Positions 1 through 12,465 of a DNA stretch of 64,000 nucleotides are shown one piece after another (within the stretch, counting starts at the first letter, position 1; each line of letters opens with the position of its first letter). The notes beneath the pieces were generated by a model. That model did no database searches. It saw only the letters and a list, made by a program, of their open reading frames with translations, and was not told the DNA's origin. The position numbers were made by a program, and so were the translations under genes. Origin of the DNA: Gemmatimonadota bacterium (lineage in GTDB: Bacteria; Gemmatimonadota; Gemmatimonadetes; Longimicrobiales; Gaopeijiaceae); contig JAXHMG010000003.1 of assembly GCA_034521595.1 (NCBI GenBank), forward strand, positions 2,880,001 through 2,944,000, in the 5' to 3' direction.

Positions 1-29
1 GGGAACTCGTTCCCGTCCTCGGGGGTTGG

Positions 30-1099
30 GTGCGGTCGCACCAACCCTGGTCGCCGTCCTCCGGAACGCCTCCCCGGAACGCCTCCCGGTCGGATCGTCG
101 GCCCGCGACACACCACAGCCTGTCGACACAACCCGAGGAGCCCGAGTCGTGCACTCTCCCAACGCGGAACGTGGACGCACGCCACGATCCACCGAACCCC
201 GGCAGCGGGCTCACCGCGACCCGAGCCCCGGTCATCGAGGACGCGCAGAACCGGGGCGAGCTGTTCATCGAGCAGCCGTACCACCTGTACTCCGAAGAGA
301 ACCACCGGACATGGCAGCGGCTCTACGACCGGATGGCGGATCGCTGGGATCGCTACGCCAACGCCCACTTCCTCGAGGGCCTCGACCGGCTGTGCTTCGA
401 CCGTGAGCGCGTCCCCAAGCTCGAGGACGTCAATCAGTTCCTCGAGCCCCTGACCGGCTTCACCGCTCGCGCTGTCAGCGGCTACATCCCCGCCTTCCAG
501 TTCTTCGATTCGATCGCGAGCGCGAGTCTTCCGACCACGATCACCATCCGGTCGGGTGAGAACCTCGACTACCTCCCCGAGCCCGACATCTTCCACGACA
601 TCGCCGGGCACGTGCCGATGCACACCGACCCGGCATTCGCCGAGACGCTGGTGAAGCTCGGCGGCTGGACCGCTCGCGGCCGAGCGCGCACGGAGCCACA
701 GGGCACCGCCGACGTCGACGCTTCGGCTCGCCTCGCCAGCATTCTCCGGGTATCACCCGCTTCTTCTGGTTCTCGGTCGAGTTCGGCCTGATGCGCGACG
801 GCGACGGCATCCGCGCCTATGCAGCGGCCTCCTGAGCTCCTACGGGGAGCTGGCCTACTCCGCGAGCTCGCCACAGGTCCAACGTCAGCCGTTCCAGCTC
901 GAATGGGTCATCAACCAGGGCTTCCAGATCGACTCCTATCAGCCCTTGCTCTTCGTCGTCGACTCCTTCGACCACCTCTTCGCGCTCGTCGAGGAGCTCG
1001 AAGATTGGGCTCCGCCAAGGCAAGCTCGACAACGTCGCCCTCGGCGACCCCGACGTCAGCGACGACCAGCTCCGCGAATTCATGAGCGCCGGCGAATGA
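30..1099 (+). CDS. phhA: Phenylalanine 4-monooxygenase (aromatic amino acid hydroxylase), frameshifted; true start probably downstream of 30
   Basis: Motifs LDYLPEPDIFHDIAGHVP, RFFWFSVEFGL, LLSSYGEL and YQPLLFVVDSFDHL are spread over several frames. The stop TGA at 1097-1099 overlaps the next ATG (ATGA). Confidence 0.85.
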
Positions 1100-1648
1100 C
1101 CCAGCCGCCCCGCCTCGGAGATCCCGCGCCGCCCCTCGACCTCCCGACGCTCGACGGCGGGCGAGTCGCACTCGACGGACCGCGGGACCGCGCCGGTCAT
1201 CATCTCGTTCCTCCGCCACGCCGGCTGACTCGATCTGCCGCTCGCATCTCGTGAAGATGCACGACAGGAAAGACCGCATCGCGGAGCTCGGAGCCGACGT
1301 CGTCTTCGTCGCGTTCGACGAGCCGGACGAGCTGCGCGCGAAGCTGGTCGCGGACGTCGACCTCGCGTTTCCGTTGGCCTACGATCCCGCGCGGGAGTCC
1401 TACCGGCAGTGGGGGCTGCAGCGCGTGGCCTGGTGGAAGATCTGGCTCGACCCCGGAGTGTGGAAAGCGTACGCGCGTCTGCTCGCCTCGGTGAGCGGCT
1501 GCGCGGCGGGGGCACCGACGCGCTTCAGCTCGGCGGAGACTTCGTGGTAGCGGCCGACGGAACGGTGGTGTACGCGAGGCCCCAGGAGCGGGACGACCGC
1601 CCACCCGTGGGAGAGCTGCTGCGCGCGGTGGGGAAGCTGGAGCGTTAG
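1096..1648 (+). CDS. Peroxiredoxin-like (AhpC/TSA, PRXL2/SelL-like) protein with UGA at the redox site, probable selenoprotein; frameshifted
   Basis: MTQPPRLGDPAPPLDLPTLDG...VIISFLRHAG-UGA(1226-1228)-L-I-C-RSHL (one extra base at ~1232)...FPLAYDPARESYRQWGL...QLGGDFVVAADGTVVY...DDRPPV. Confidence 0.8.
1244..1260 (+). promoter_or_regulatory. Candidate bacterial SECIS apical hairpin
   Basis: GCATCT-CGTGA-AGATGC: a 6-bp stem with G at loop position 2; the loop starts ~22 nt after the UGA. Confidence 0.6.
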
Positions 1649-1662
1649 CGGACCACGGGACG

Positions 1663-2760
1663 CTAGCGCCCCGGCGGTCGCCTCGGGATCATGACCGGCT
1701 GGATCCGCTGGTGCTTCACGACCCGGCGCTGCGAGACCTCTCCGCCGTAGACGTTGCCGTCGCCGTCCACCGCGACGCCTTCGGGTCCGCTGAGCTCATC
1801 ACCCCCAGGTTCGGGCTGTTCCAGGTCTCGGGGATGAAGTGGAAGACCCAGCCGGTGCGCGCGTCCCCGACCCGGATGCCCCGCTCCCAGCCGGCGTTGC
1901 GCTGGCCCGTGTAGTCGTTCTCGGCCGGGCTCGACTCGGAGTCGGCGACATAGATCAGGTCGTTCTCGTCGATGAAGATGCCGCTCGGACGGCCGAACTG
2001 CGTCCAGAACGCGATGAACTCACCGTTCTGGTCCAGGATGTGGATGCGGTTGTTGTACCGGTCGCCCACGAAGAGCCGCCCCTGGGAATCCATCGCCAAC
2101 GCGTGGGGCTCCAAGAACTCGCCCGGCCCGTAGCCGGACTCGCCGAACGTCGCGACGTGCGTGCCGTCCGGGGCGAACTTCACGATCCTGTTGGGGCTCG
2201 AAGGGCCGTGTCCTTCGGCGACGAAGATGTGTCCGTCGGGTGCGACCAGCACGTCGTTGGGGCGGGTGAGATGGGTGGGCGGATCCCCGGGCTCGCCGGG
2301 GCACCCCGAGCGTCATCGAGAAGCTCCCCGTCCGGACTGAACTTGCGGACCGCGTGGCCGAGCCCTGCTTCCTCGGCACCCTGCCTCCACGCGTCGGTGA
2401 TCCAGACGTTGCCGTTCGGCTCCACGAACATCCCGTGCGGCCAGGCGAGCAGGCCCGCGCCGAAGCTACAGAGAGCACGTTCCCCTCGGTGTCGAGCAGG
2501 AGCACGGGATCGAGATCGGAGCCCACGCAGGTGTTCCGCCCGCACCGCTCCGCCACCCAGAGATCACCGTCCGGCGACGGATACATCGCGCTCACCGAGC
2601 CCCAGGAGCGCCCGTCGGGAAGGTCACCCGCAGGTGTAGTCGGGCTTGAAGGGGTTGGTGACGGACTGGGCATCGAGGATGGCGGGCAGCGTCGCCGCCA
2701 GCGCCAAGCACACGACTATGGGGGCGGACCTCGATGGGACGGCTCCTGCGGCTGGAAGGG
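1663..2760 (-). CDS. NHL-repeat beta-propeller protein (PAL-like), secreted; frameshifted, start approximate
   Basis: Repeats GHIFVAEGHG, FLEPHALAMDSQGRLFVGDRYNNRI, WPHGMFVEPNGNVWITD and GDLWVAERCG. Confidence 0.8.
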
Positions 2761-2806
2761 TACCCGAACGGTGGATGTCGATACGGGAACGCCCGTCGGG
2801 CTCGGG

Positions 2807-5653
2807 TCAACGCCCGTTAGCTTGCGTCACGGCACCGGGTCCCGCAACCGACGGGCGGGAGCGGACAGCTGTTCGGCCTGGACACCCACGTGCCGGCCTC
2901 GACCGCTGGCACCCGACGGACCGATGACCCGTCGGCTCAATGCGCCACACGCACGGGGGTCCTGGCGGTGCGCCAGGGTGCCATCTCCGAGCTGCCCGTG
3001 CGCGTCGCGAACCGAGCAGGTACGCTTCCCCGGTAGCGGCGAGCGCGCAGGCGCGCGCCGCGACCCGGCCGTAGACCGTTCTCCATCGACAGGGTCGTGA
3101 ACACGGGGTCGGCGTGTCGCGGTCCACGGTGGTGCCGTCCCCGAGCTGGCCCGCTCCCATCGTCGCCCCGCAGCAGCTGGGGCCGGCGCTCGGCGTGATC
3201 CCGCACGTCCGACTCCACCCCGCGGAGATCGCCTCGAGAAGGAGGATCCCCAACGACGACCGTGCTCGGCTCGGTCGAGGGTCGTTCGATCCCCGAGCTC
3301 TCCGTTGCAGTTCTGCCCCCAGCAGACCGGGACATCGTCGCTCCCGAAGCCGGTGTTGGCGAGTCCGCAGGTATGCGCGGCGCCGGAGGTGACCGGCGGT
3401 CCAGCTCACCGGACCGAGATCCGGCGGATCGGACACGGTGACCGGAGACAGCCGGTCGCGGTGGTGGTTCCGTCGCCCACCTGCCCGAAGCCGTTGTCGC
3501 CCCAGCACATCAATGCCTCGGACGTCCGTGATCCCGCAGGTATGGACTCGCGCCCGCGCTCAGGCCGACGAACGTCGGCGGACGTCTGGACGGCCACGGG
3601 AATGCGTGCCCGAGCCTGGCGTCTACCGGTCCCCAGGCGCTGCCGGAGAGGATCGGCGCCCGAGCAGTAGGCCGTCCCGCCGCTTCCGCGCCCGCACGTG
3701 TGGCCATTGCCCGCGCTGACCTCCGGCCGACTCCACGCCTTCCCGACTCGGGATCGGAGCACCTGCGTCGGCACCAGAGCGCCGGTTCCGCTCCCGTCAC
3801 CCACGACGCTCCCGCAGCACTCGAGAGTGGCGGGCACGATCGCGAGCGGGATCGCGCAGGGTGTGGGAGCCCCCGGTGGCGATTTGCGCGAATCGGAAGC
3901 CTCCGGAGACGGCAACCGCCCGGCGTCGCGCTGGGGCTCCGGTCCCCCCGCGTGCTCGAGCTGGCCGGCCGACCCCTGGCCCCAGCAGTAGGCCCGGTTC
4001 GCGACCGTGATGCCGCAGGTATGGCTTCCGCCGGCACTGATGCGGTCGAAGGTTAGCTCCACGGCGAACGGCTGACTCGTAGTGTTCGTGAGCCCGTCGG
4101 CATAGGCTTCGATCGCGTATCCCCTCCCCTGGCAGATCGACCGAGACGTCGGGAAACTCCGCCGACCCCGTTCGTGGCCGTCACGGAGAGCGTGCCCACG
4201 AAGCTCCGCGCTCCCGGGTCCGCCGCCACCGTGCTGCAACCCGATGCACGATGCTCGGCCGTCGGAACCCGGTTCTCCGGACTCGTCCTGGATGGTGACC
4301 TCGAGCGCCGGCGCGAAGTCCACCTGCCCTTCGACGTCCGTGGGCTGCTCCGGTGAACGCCAGCTCGGCCTGCGCGGACCGGAACGACGTCGAAGGGCCG
4401 CGGACTACGTCGGACTCCGACGCGTCCGACCAACGCACGCAACCGATGATCCGTCCGCCGCGGCTTCGATGACCAGGTCGTCGAAGACGGCCACGCCTCC
4501 GCTCGGCGTGACCTCCCGGACACCGCCCAGGATCGCGTCGCCCGGGTTCGAGCCCAACTCGACGGTCACCGGATCACTGTCCGAGGGGGACGACGTTGCC
4601 GAACGCATCCTCGATCCTCACCTCGACGGTCGGTCCTATGGGCGAGCTGGCCGTCGTCTCCGGAGCTGCCCGCCGAGCAGACCTGGGCGGCCGGGCCCGC
4701 CGACACGTCGAACGCATCACTCGTGGCTGCCGGGACCGACCCGGCCGTCTTCGCCGTCAGCGTATAGCCGGAGCCGACGCGGGTCACGGTCAGTCCCGAG
4801 AACTGCGCCACGCCGTTCACCGCTTCGGCATGACCCCGAGCCACGGAGGGGATCACTCCCCTGTTGGCCCGTCAGCTCGAGGGAGATCGTCAGATCGGCA
4901 TCCTCGATGACCGCACCGTCGGCATCGAGCACCTCGACTTGGACGGCCGGATCTATGGCTTCCCCCGCGACCGCGTTCGACGGATTCATCCGGAACGCCA
5001 GACTCGCGATCTCCTGATTCACGGTCAGCGTCGCGTGCCCAGGAATGTCCTGGGCCGTCGCCGTAATGGTCGAGGTGCCCGAGCCCTTCGCGGTCGCGGT
5101 CCCCTCCGGCCCGATCGTCGCCACCGAATGGTCCTTGGCTCTCCATACGAAGCGGGCGTCTTCCAGGGCGTTCCCGTTGGCGTCGGTCGCCTCCGCGGTG
5201 AACACTTCGGTCGCGTTGACGGCAGTGAGCGTGCTCGCGCCCGGAGTAACCGTCACCGCCTCCACTCGCTGGCTCACCGCGAGCGCCGCCGAACCGCTGG
5301 CTCCCGCGCTCGTCGCCGACGCCGCGATCTCGGCCGCTCCGTCGCCTTCGCGGTCACCACGCCGCTACCGCTGACCGTGACGACCTGATCCGTCCCGCGC
5401 TGGACCACGTGAAGTCGACAGCTCGCTCGACGACATCGCCTCCGGCGTCCCTCGCGACCGCCTGGAACTTCCTCGCGTCCCCGAGAGCCGTCAGGGTGTC
5501 GGCTCTCGGCGTCACCTCCACGCTGGCCACCTGTCCCTCGCCGTCTCCGTTGCCGCCGGCCCGGAGGGCCCGTCGGCTCCTCTCCTCCGCAGCCGGAGAG
5601 GCCGAGAGTGAAGCCGACGAATCCGACCGAGGGAGCGGCCCGAAGTGTGTCAT
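2807..5653 (-). CDS. Surface lipoprotein with Ig-like (BIG2) domains and C-terminal RCC1 repeats; multiple frameshifts
   Basis: Lipobox-like LGLSGCGG; Ig modules VASVEVTP...FTWSS...GVVTA; RCC1 repeats ISAGGSHTCGITVANRAYCWG, CWGDNGFGQVGDGT and GQLGDGTTVDRDTP. Confidence 0.75.
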
Positions 5654-5915
5654 GGATGCGGTTGACCCCCGGCACGCGAATCTCCCGGTCTCGGCGGCAG
5701 TGCTCGGCGTCGCGAGGACGCTCCTGGCACCATATGAGCGGTCGCGGTGAGCCGCAACGTCCGTGCGAGGGGGGAAGGCCCGGCGCTCGGGCCGCCGTTC
5801 GTGGCGCCCGTTCGTCGGCCGGCAGGAGGCGAGGTCCCGTCGCCCGCCCGCGGACGGTTATGATGAGTGTGAGGCACCGAGGGAGTCGAGTGGAACCACG
5901 GAAGGAAGGAACGTC

Positions 5916-7286
5916 ATGACGTGGACGGCGGTCAATCCGGCGACGGGCGAGACGATACGGCACTACGACCAGACGACCTGGGCGGATGCGGAGCGTGCCG
6001 TCCGGGAGGCGCACGAGACGCACGAGATCTGGAGACGGACCCGTTCCGGGACCGTTCCGCGGCGATGAAGCGCGCGGCCGAGCTTCTTCGGTCCCGCGCG
6101 GACCGCTACGCGGAGCTCATGGCCCAGGAGATGGGCAAGCCCGTCACGGATGGCCGCTCCGAGGTCGAGAAGTGCGCCTGGGTCTGCGACTACTACGCCG
6201 ACGAAGCGGAGGGGCAGCTCGCCCCCGTGCCCGTGGACACGCCGGACACGGACGCGCGCACCTACATCGCCTACCGCCCGCTCGGGGTGGTGCTGGCCAT
6301 CATGCCCTGGAACTTCCCGTTCTGGCAGGTCTTCCGCTTCGCCGCGCCCAACCTGATGGCCGGCAACGCCGGCCTGCTCAAGCACGCGGCGAACGTGCCG
6401 GGGTGCGCGCTGGCCATCGAGGAGGTCTTTCGGGACGCGGGCTTTCCCGAGGAGCTGTTCCGGACGCTCCTCATCGACCACGAGACGAGCGAGAAGGTCA
6501 TCGAGCACCCGCTGGTGCGGGGCGTGACGCTCACCGGGAGCGTGCGGGCCGGTAAGACCGTGGCGGCGAAGGCCGGATCGCTCGTGAAGAAGACGGTGCT
6601 GGAGCTCGGTGGTAGCGACCCCTACGTGGTGCTCGAGGACGCCGACCTCGACGCGGCGGTGGAGACGTGCGTGGCGAGCCGGCTCGTCAACTCGGGCAGA
6701 GCTGCATCGCGGCGAAGCGGTTCGTCGTCGTTGAGCCGCTCAAGGAAGCATTCGAAGCCCGCATGGTGGAGCAGATGAGGGCGGTCCGGATGGGCGATCC
6801 CACGGACGAGGCCACGGACGTGGGCCCGCAAGCCCGCGCCGATCTCCGCGACGAGCTCCACGCGCAGGTGCTCGGAAGCGTCGAGGCGGGCGCGCGCTGC
6901 CTGCTCGGCGGGGAGCTGCCCGAGGGCCGGGTGCGTTCTATCCGCCGACGGTGCTCACGGACGTCGGCCCCGGCATGCCGGCGTACGAGGAGGAGCTCTT
7001 CGGTCCGGTGGCGGCGGTCATCGCCGTGGCCGACGAGGCCGAAGCCATCCGCGTGGCGAACGACACCGTGTTCGGGCTCGGCGCGGCCGTATTCACCCGG
7101 GACGTCGAGCGCGGCGAGCGGATCGCCCGCGACGAGCTCGACGCCGGGGCCTGCTTCGTCAACGCGTTCGTGCGCTCGGACCCGCGCCTCCCGTTCGGCG
7201 GCGTGAAGGAGAGCGGCTACGGCCGCGAGCTCTCGCCGCTCGGCATCCGGGAATTCGTGAACGCGAAGACGGTGTGGGTGGCGTAG
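5916..7286 (+). CDS. NAD(P)-dependent succinate-semialdehyde dehydrogenase family aldehyde dehydrogenase; frameshifted
   Basis: [61 protein letters not shown]. Confidence 0.9.
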
Positions 7287-7308
7287 CGGTCCGCGGCGCC
7301 CGCCCGCC

Positions 7309-8713
7309 TCACCCCTCGATCGTCGCGAAGAGGTTGTTCAGCGACTCGGTGAGGGTGGGGTGGGAGAACACGCCGTCGCGGAGGTCCTGCCACCGGAGCC
7401 CGCCCATCATGGCGATCTGGACGGCCGACGCGACCTCTCCACCTTCGATCCCGAGGATGGCGGCGCCGAGGATCCGGTCGGTCTCGCCGTCCACGACCGC
7501 CTTCATGAAGCCGCGCGTCTCCGCGGTCTCCACGGCCCGCGCGACCCGGCTCATCGGGATCTTGCGCCACCCGGACGTCATGGCCCCGGTCACGCGCCTC
7601 GCGCTCCGTGAGGCCCACGCGCCCGAGCTGGGGATCGGTGAAGAGCGTGTACGGAACGATGCGGTCCTCGCGGCTCTTGCCTCCGTCGCCGAGCACGTTC
7701 TCGAGCACGATCCGGTAGTCGTCATACGCGATGTGCGTGAACGGGGGACTCCCGGCCACCTCACCCAGCGCCCACACACCGTCCGCGGTGGTACGCAAGG
7801 CGTCGTCGACACGCACGAAGCCGCGCTCGGTGCGCTCGATCCCTGCCTCATCGAGCCCGAGGTCGTCCGCGTTCGGCTTCCGACCGACCGCCACGAGCAA
7901 ATGGCTGCCGACGACCTCGTGGGGCGAGCCGCCCGTATGGCCGTTCCCGTCACCGTCGTCGAGCGACACCCGCACGCCTTCAGCATCCCGCTGCACCTTC
8001 CGCGCAAGCGAGCCGCAAAGGATCTCGATTCCGTCTTCCCGCAGGATGTCGCGGAGCTCGTCGGCGACGTCCTCGTCCTCCCGCGGCGCGAGCCGGTCCT
8101 GGCCTTCGATGACCGTGACCCGGGCACCGAAGCGGCGGAACATCTGGGCGAACTCCAAGCCGATGAAGCCACCGCCCAGCACGACCAGGTGGTCCGGCAC
8201 CTCGCCGAGCTCCATGAGCGACGCGTTGTCGAGCCATGGAACGGTGTCCAGACCCTCGATGGGCGGGACCCGATTCCGGGTGCCCGTGTTGATGAAGACC
8301 TGGTCGGCCTCCATCGTCCGGCTACCCCCGTCGGTGAGCTCGACCTCGATCCGGCGCTCCCCGACGAATCGTGCCGTGCCGAACACGAGCTCCACGGCGT
8401 CGATTCGGCGGAGCCCCTTTTCGCCCCCGGAGCTCCACGCGTCCACCATCTCGCGCTTGCGCCGCCGCACGACCTCGAGGTCCACCGTCACGTCGCCCGT
8501 GTTCACCCCGTAGTCCGCCGCGCGCCGAGCCAGATGCGCGACCCGTGCGCTCGCGACCATGGTCTTGGTCGGAGTGCAGCCGTCGACGACGCAGGTGCCC
8601 CCCACACGACCCTTCTCGATGATGGCGGTGCGGTGGCCGGCCTTTCCCAGAGCACCGGCGAGCGGCTTGCCCGCCTGTCCCGTGCCGATGACGATCGCGT
8701 CGAAGTGCTCCAA
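7309..8713 (-). CDS. Class I pyridine nucleotide-disulfide oxidoreductase (MerA-like/RclA-like, no C-terminal CC); one frameshift
   Basis: [20 protein letters not shown] (CxxxxC), [12 protein letters not shown] and C-terminal [17 protein letters not shown] start at 8713 follows GGAGGGA. Confidence 0.88.
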
Positions 8714-8921
8714 GAGTCCCTCCGGGTAACGCGCGGTGCGCGGTGAAGTGATTGCGTCGTGCTGGCTGCCGAACGCACGAGCATCCCGCACGGTTCCGAG
8801 AGGACGGGGCGACCCACCTCCCGAACGTGAAGCGGGCCCCCGACCGACAAGCCGGGAGCCCGTTCACTCACCTACCACCTTCCGCTTCGCGCCGCGCCTT
8901 GGATACGGCCGCGGCGAGCGG

Positions 8922-9338
8922 TCAGCAGTGCTCCTCGTACGCCTTCTGGAGATCCGCCGCGATGTCCTCGGGGTGGCGCCCCTCGATGCGGTGACGCTCC
9001 ATGAAGTAGACGAGCTCGCCGTCCTTGAAGAGTCCGACGGCGGGCGACGACGGCGGATAGCCGGTGATGTACTCCCGGGCCTTCTCCGTCGCGTCCATAT
9101 CCTGGCCCGCGAACACGGTCGTGAGAACTTCGGGCTTCTTCTCACCCTGCAACGAGAGGTACACGGCGGGCCGCATCATCGCGGCGGCACAGCCGCACAC
9201 CGAGTTGACCGCGAGCAGGGTGGGGCCCTTCTCGGACCCGAACACGGAGTCGACGTCTTCGGGAGTCTTGAGCTTCCTGGAAACCGATGCGTACGAGGTC
9301 CTCGCGCATCGGGGCGACCATCATCTCGGGTACGGCAT
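8922..9338 (-). CDS. BrxA/BrxB family bacilliredoxin; one frameshift near the N-terminus
   Basis: MPYPEMMVAPMREDL..., NSVCGCAAA (CGC motif), TVFAGQD, PPSSP, ERHRIEGR. Confidence 0.9.
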
Positions 9339-9547
9339 ATCGCTCTCTCCTGTCCCACGGGTCCTCCCGAACCACCACCGGTCGCGACCGGACGGATCGC
9401 GCGACGGCGCCGTTCGTATTGAGCTTGAAGGTCATCCCGGAAGCCCATGTTGTCCACGGGAGGGTCGGGATGGATGAGTAGCTACCCCGATCGAAGCTCC
9501 CGGGATCCACATTGCGGGACGCCTCCCCGCGTGACCAACTTGTCCGC

Positions 9548-10059
9548 ATGGATAACACCATGGAGATCGTGCGTCTTGACGGTGAACGGAGACCGGCACG
9601 AGGTCGGGGTCCCGACGCACTACACCTTGCTCGAGACGCTCCGATACGTCCTCGGGCCTGACCGGCTCCAAGCGAGGGTGTGACAAAGGAGACTGCGGCG
9701 CGTGCACCGTCCTCGTCGACGGGGTGCCCACGTTGTCGTGCATCAGTCCCGTGTGGGCAGCCGCGGGCACCCGGGTGGTCACGGTCGAAGGTCTTGCGAC
9801 CCGCGACGGCCCGCATCCCCTGCAGGACGAGTTCGACGTCCACGGCGCTGCCCAGTGCGGCTTCTGCACTCCGGGCATCCTCTGTTCGGCGGCGGCGCTC
9901 CTCGACGAGAACCCGAGCGCGACCCGCGAGGAGATTCGCGAAGCGCTCTCGGGGAACCTCTGCCGCTGCACCGGCTACGCGAAGATCTACGACGCGGTCG
10001 AAGCGGCGGGGCGGCGCCTGCGCGAAGGGCGACTCGACGAAGAAGGAGTGGCAGGATGA
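9548..10059 (+). CDS. [2Fe-2S] small subunit of xanthine dehydrogenase family (HcrC/CoxS-like); frameshifted
   Basis: TLLETLRYVLG, GCDKGDCGACTVLVDG, QCGFCTPG, GNLCRCTGY. Confidence 0.88.
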
Positions 10060-12453
10060 TCAAGACTCCGGACGGCCCGCGGTCGGACACGAACCTGATC
10101 GGCACACCCAACCGGAAGGTCGAGGGACTCGACAAGTCCACCGGCCGGGCCGTGTACACGGACGACATCCAGCTCCCCGGGATGCTCCACGGCAAGATCC
10201 TGCGGAGCCCGCACCCGCACGCGCGCATCGTCTCCATCGACACCTCGGAGGCCGAGCGACTCGAGGGCGTGCACGCGGTCGTGACGGGTCGGGACATGGA
10301 GACGACCTACGGCATCATTCCCCTGGACGCCGGACGAGTATCCCCTCTGCGTCGACCGGGTGCGCTACATCGGAGACGGGGTCGCGGCCGTGGCGGCCGT
10401 GGATGAAGACACCGCCATCCGTGCGCTCGACCTCATTCGCGTGGAATACGAAGAGCTCCCGGCGTTCCACGACCCCTTCGCGGCGCTCGCGGCCGCCGGG
10501 AGCACCCCGTACATCCACGAGCCCCGCAAGGAAGGGCGGAGCGGGAACATCACCAAGAAGGTGCACCTGGAGTTCGGCGAGGTGGAGGAGGGGCTCGAGC
10601 AGGCGGACGTGGTCGTCGAAGGGGACTACCTCTTCGAAGGCACGACTGCACACGCCGATCGAGCCCCACTGCGCCATCGGTCTGTACGAGGGCAACGGCA
10701 AGCTGACCGTGTGGTCGGCGACGCAAGTGCCGCACTACCTGCACCGCGAGCTCGCACGCGTGCTCGAGGTGGATCCGGCGATGGTGCGGGTGCTTCAACC
10801 CCTGGTGGGGGGCGCGTTCGGAGGAAAGAGCGAGCCGTTCGACCTCGAGTTCTGCGTCGGGAAGCTGGCCATGCTGACCGGCCGGCCGGTGAAGATCCTC
10901 TATACCCGTGAAGAGGTCTTCTACAGCCACCGGGGACGGCACCCCTACCATATGACGTACCGGACGGGCGCGACCCGGGACGGCGAGCTGACCTCGGTGG
11001 ACGCGGAGATCGTCCTCGACGGCGGAGCGTACGCCTCGTTCGGGCTCGTGACCACGTACTACTCGGGACAGCTCCTCTGCGCCCCGTACCGGATGCCCGC
11101 CTACCGTTTCGACTCCACGCGGGCCTACACGAACAAGCCGGCCTGCGGGCCCAAGCGGGGACACGGGTCGGTCCAGCCGCGGTTCGCCTTCGAGGTCCAG
11201 CTCGACAAGCTCGCGGAACGGGTCGAGCTCGACCCGATCGAGTTCCGGAGGCGCAACTCCATCGGCTCCAACACGCGGACTGTCAACGAGTTACGCGTTA
11301 CATCGAATGGATTCCTCGAATGCCTGGAATCCGTGGAGCGCGCCAGCGAGTGGAGTGCCAAATTCCGTAAGATGCCATTTGGCAGGGGGATAGGGGTCGC
11401 CGGCTCAACCTATATATCCGGTACGAACTACCCGATTTACCCCAACGAGATGCCCCAGTCGGGCGTGCAGATGCAAGTCGACCGGTCGGGCCGCGTCGCG
11501 GTGTTCAGCGGCGCGAGCGAGATCGGACAGGGCTGTGACTCCATGGTGGCCTACGTGGCCGCGGAGGAGCTCGGCGTCCCCTCGACCACATTCGTGTCAT
11601 GCGGGGCGACACCGACTTCACGCCGGTCGATCTGGGCGCCTATTCGAGCCGGGTGACCTTCATGGTCGGGAACGCGGCCATCGACGCCGCGCGAAAGCTC
11701 CGGCGCATGATCCAGGAGGCCGTGGCGGAGGCGTGGGAGGTGAAGCCGGGCGAGGTGCTTCTCGCCGGTGGCCGCGCCTACTGGGCCCCCGACACGGAGC
11801 GGCAGATGCCGGTCCGTGAAGCGTTCAATCTGGCGGAAGCGAAGTTCGGGACGCTCGGCTCGACCGGATCGTACGACACGCCCAAGGACGTGCACGGCGA
11901 GTACCGGGGTGGAACCATCGGCGCATCGCCCGCATACTCGTTCACGGCGCACGTCGCCGAGGTCGACGTCGACGTGGAAACCGGATTCGTGGACGTGAAG
12001 AAGATCTGGATCGCCCACGACTGCGGCCGGGCGCTCAACCCCGTGCTGGTCGAAGGTCAGATGGAGGGATCCGCGTACATGGGCTTCGCGGAAGCGCTCA
12101 TGGAAGAGCAGATCTTCAAGGACGCCGATCACGGCCGGGCCGGCCTCCACAACGCCCCCTCCCTCCTCGACTACCGGATCCCCACGAGTCTGGACACGCC
12201 CGAGTTGGAATCGCTGATCGTGGAGTCCATCGACCCCGAAGGCCCTTACGGGGCCAAGGAAGCGGGTGGAGGGACCGCTCCACCCGTCGATCCCCGCGAT
12301 CGCCAACGCGATCTACGACGCCATCGGGATCCGCATGGACCGTCTGCCGTTTCCCCACCCCGGGTCTGGAAGGCAGTCGAGGGTGCGCGCGCGCGAGAGG
12401 GGCTGGCCAAGCCCGAGGCGCCGAGCCGCACGGTCGCCGGCGTGCCGAGCTGA
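10056..12453 (+). CDS. Molybdopterin-binding large subunit, 4-hydroxybenzoyl-CoA reductase alpha (HcrA)-like; frameshifted
   Basis: YTDDIQLPGMLHGKILRSPHPHA, VGGAFGGK, RGHGSVQPRFA, EIGQG, YSSRVTFMVGNA, LNPVLVEGQMEG, GPYGAKEAG. Confidence 0.85.
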
Positions 12454-12465
12454 GCCGGCTCATTC

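Noticed and set aside
7309-8713. Mercuric reductase / mercury resistance
   Set aside because: No C-terminal CC pair, no N-terminal metal-binding domain, and no merR/T/P neighbours.
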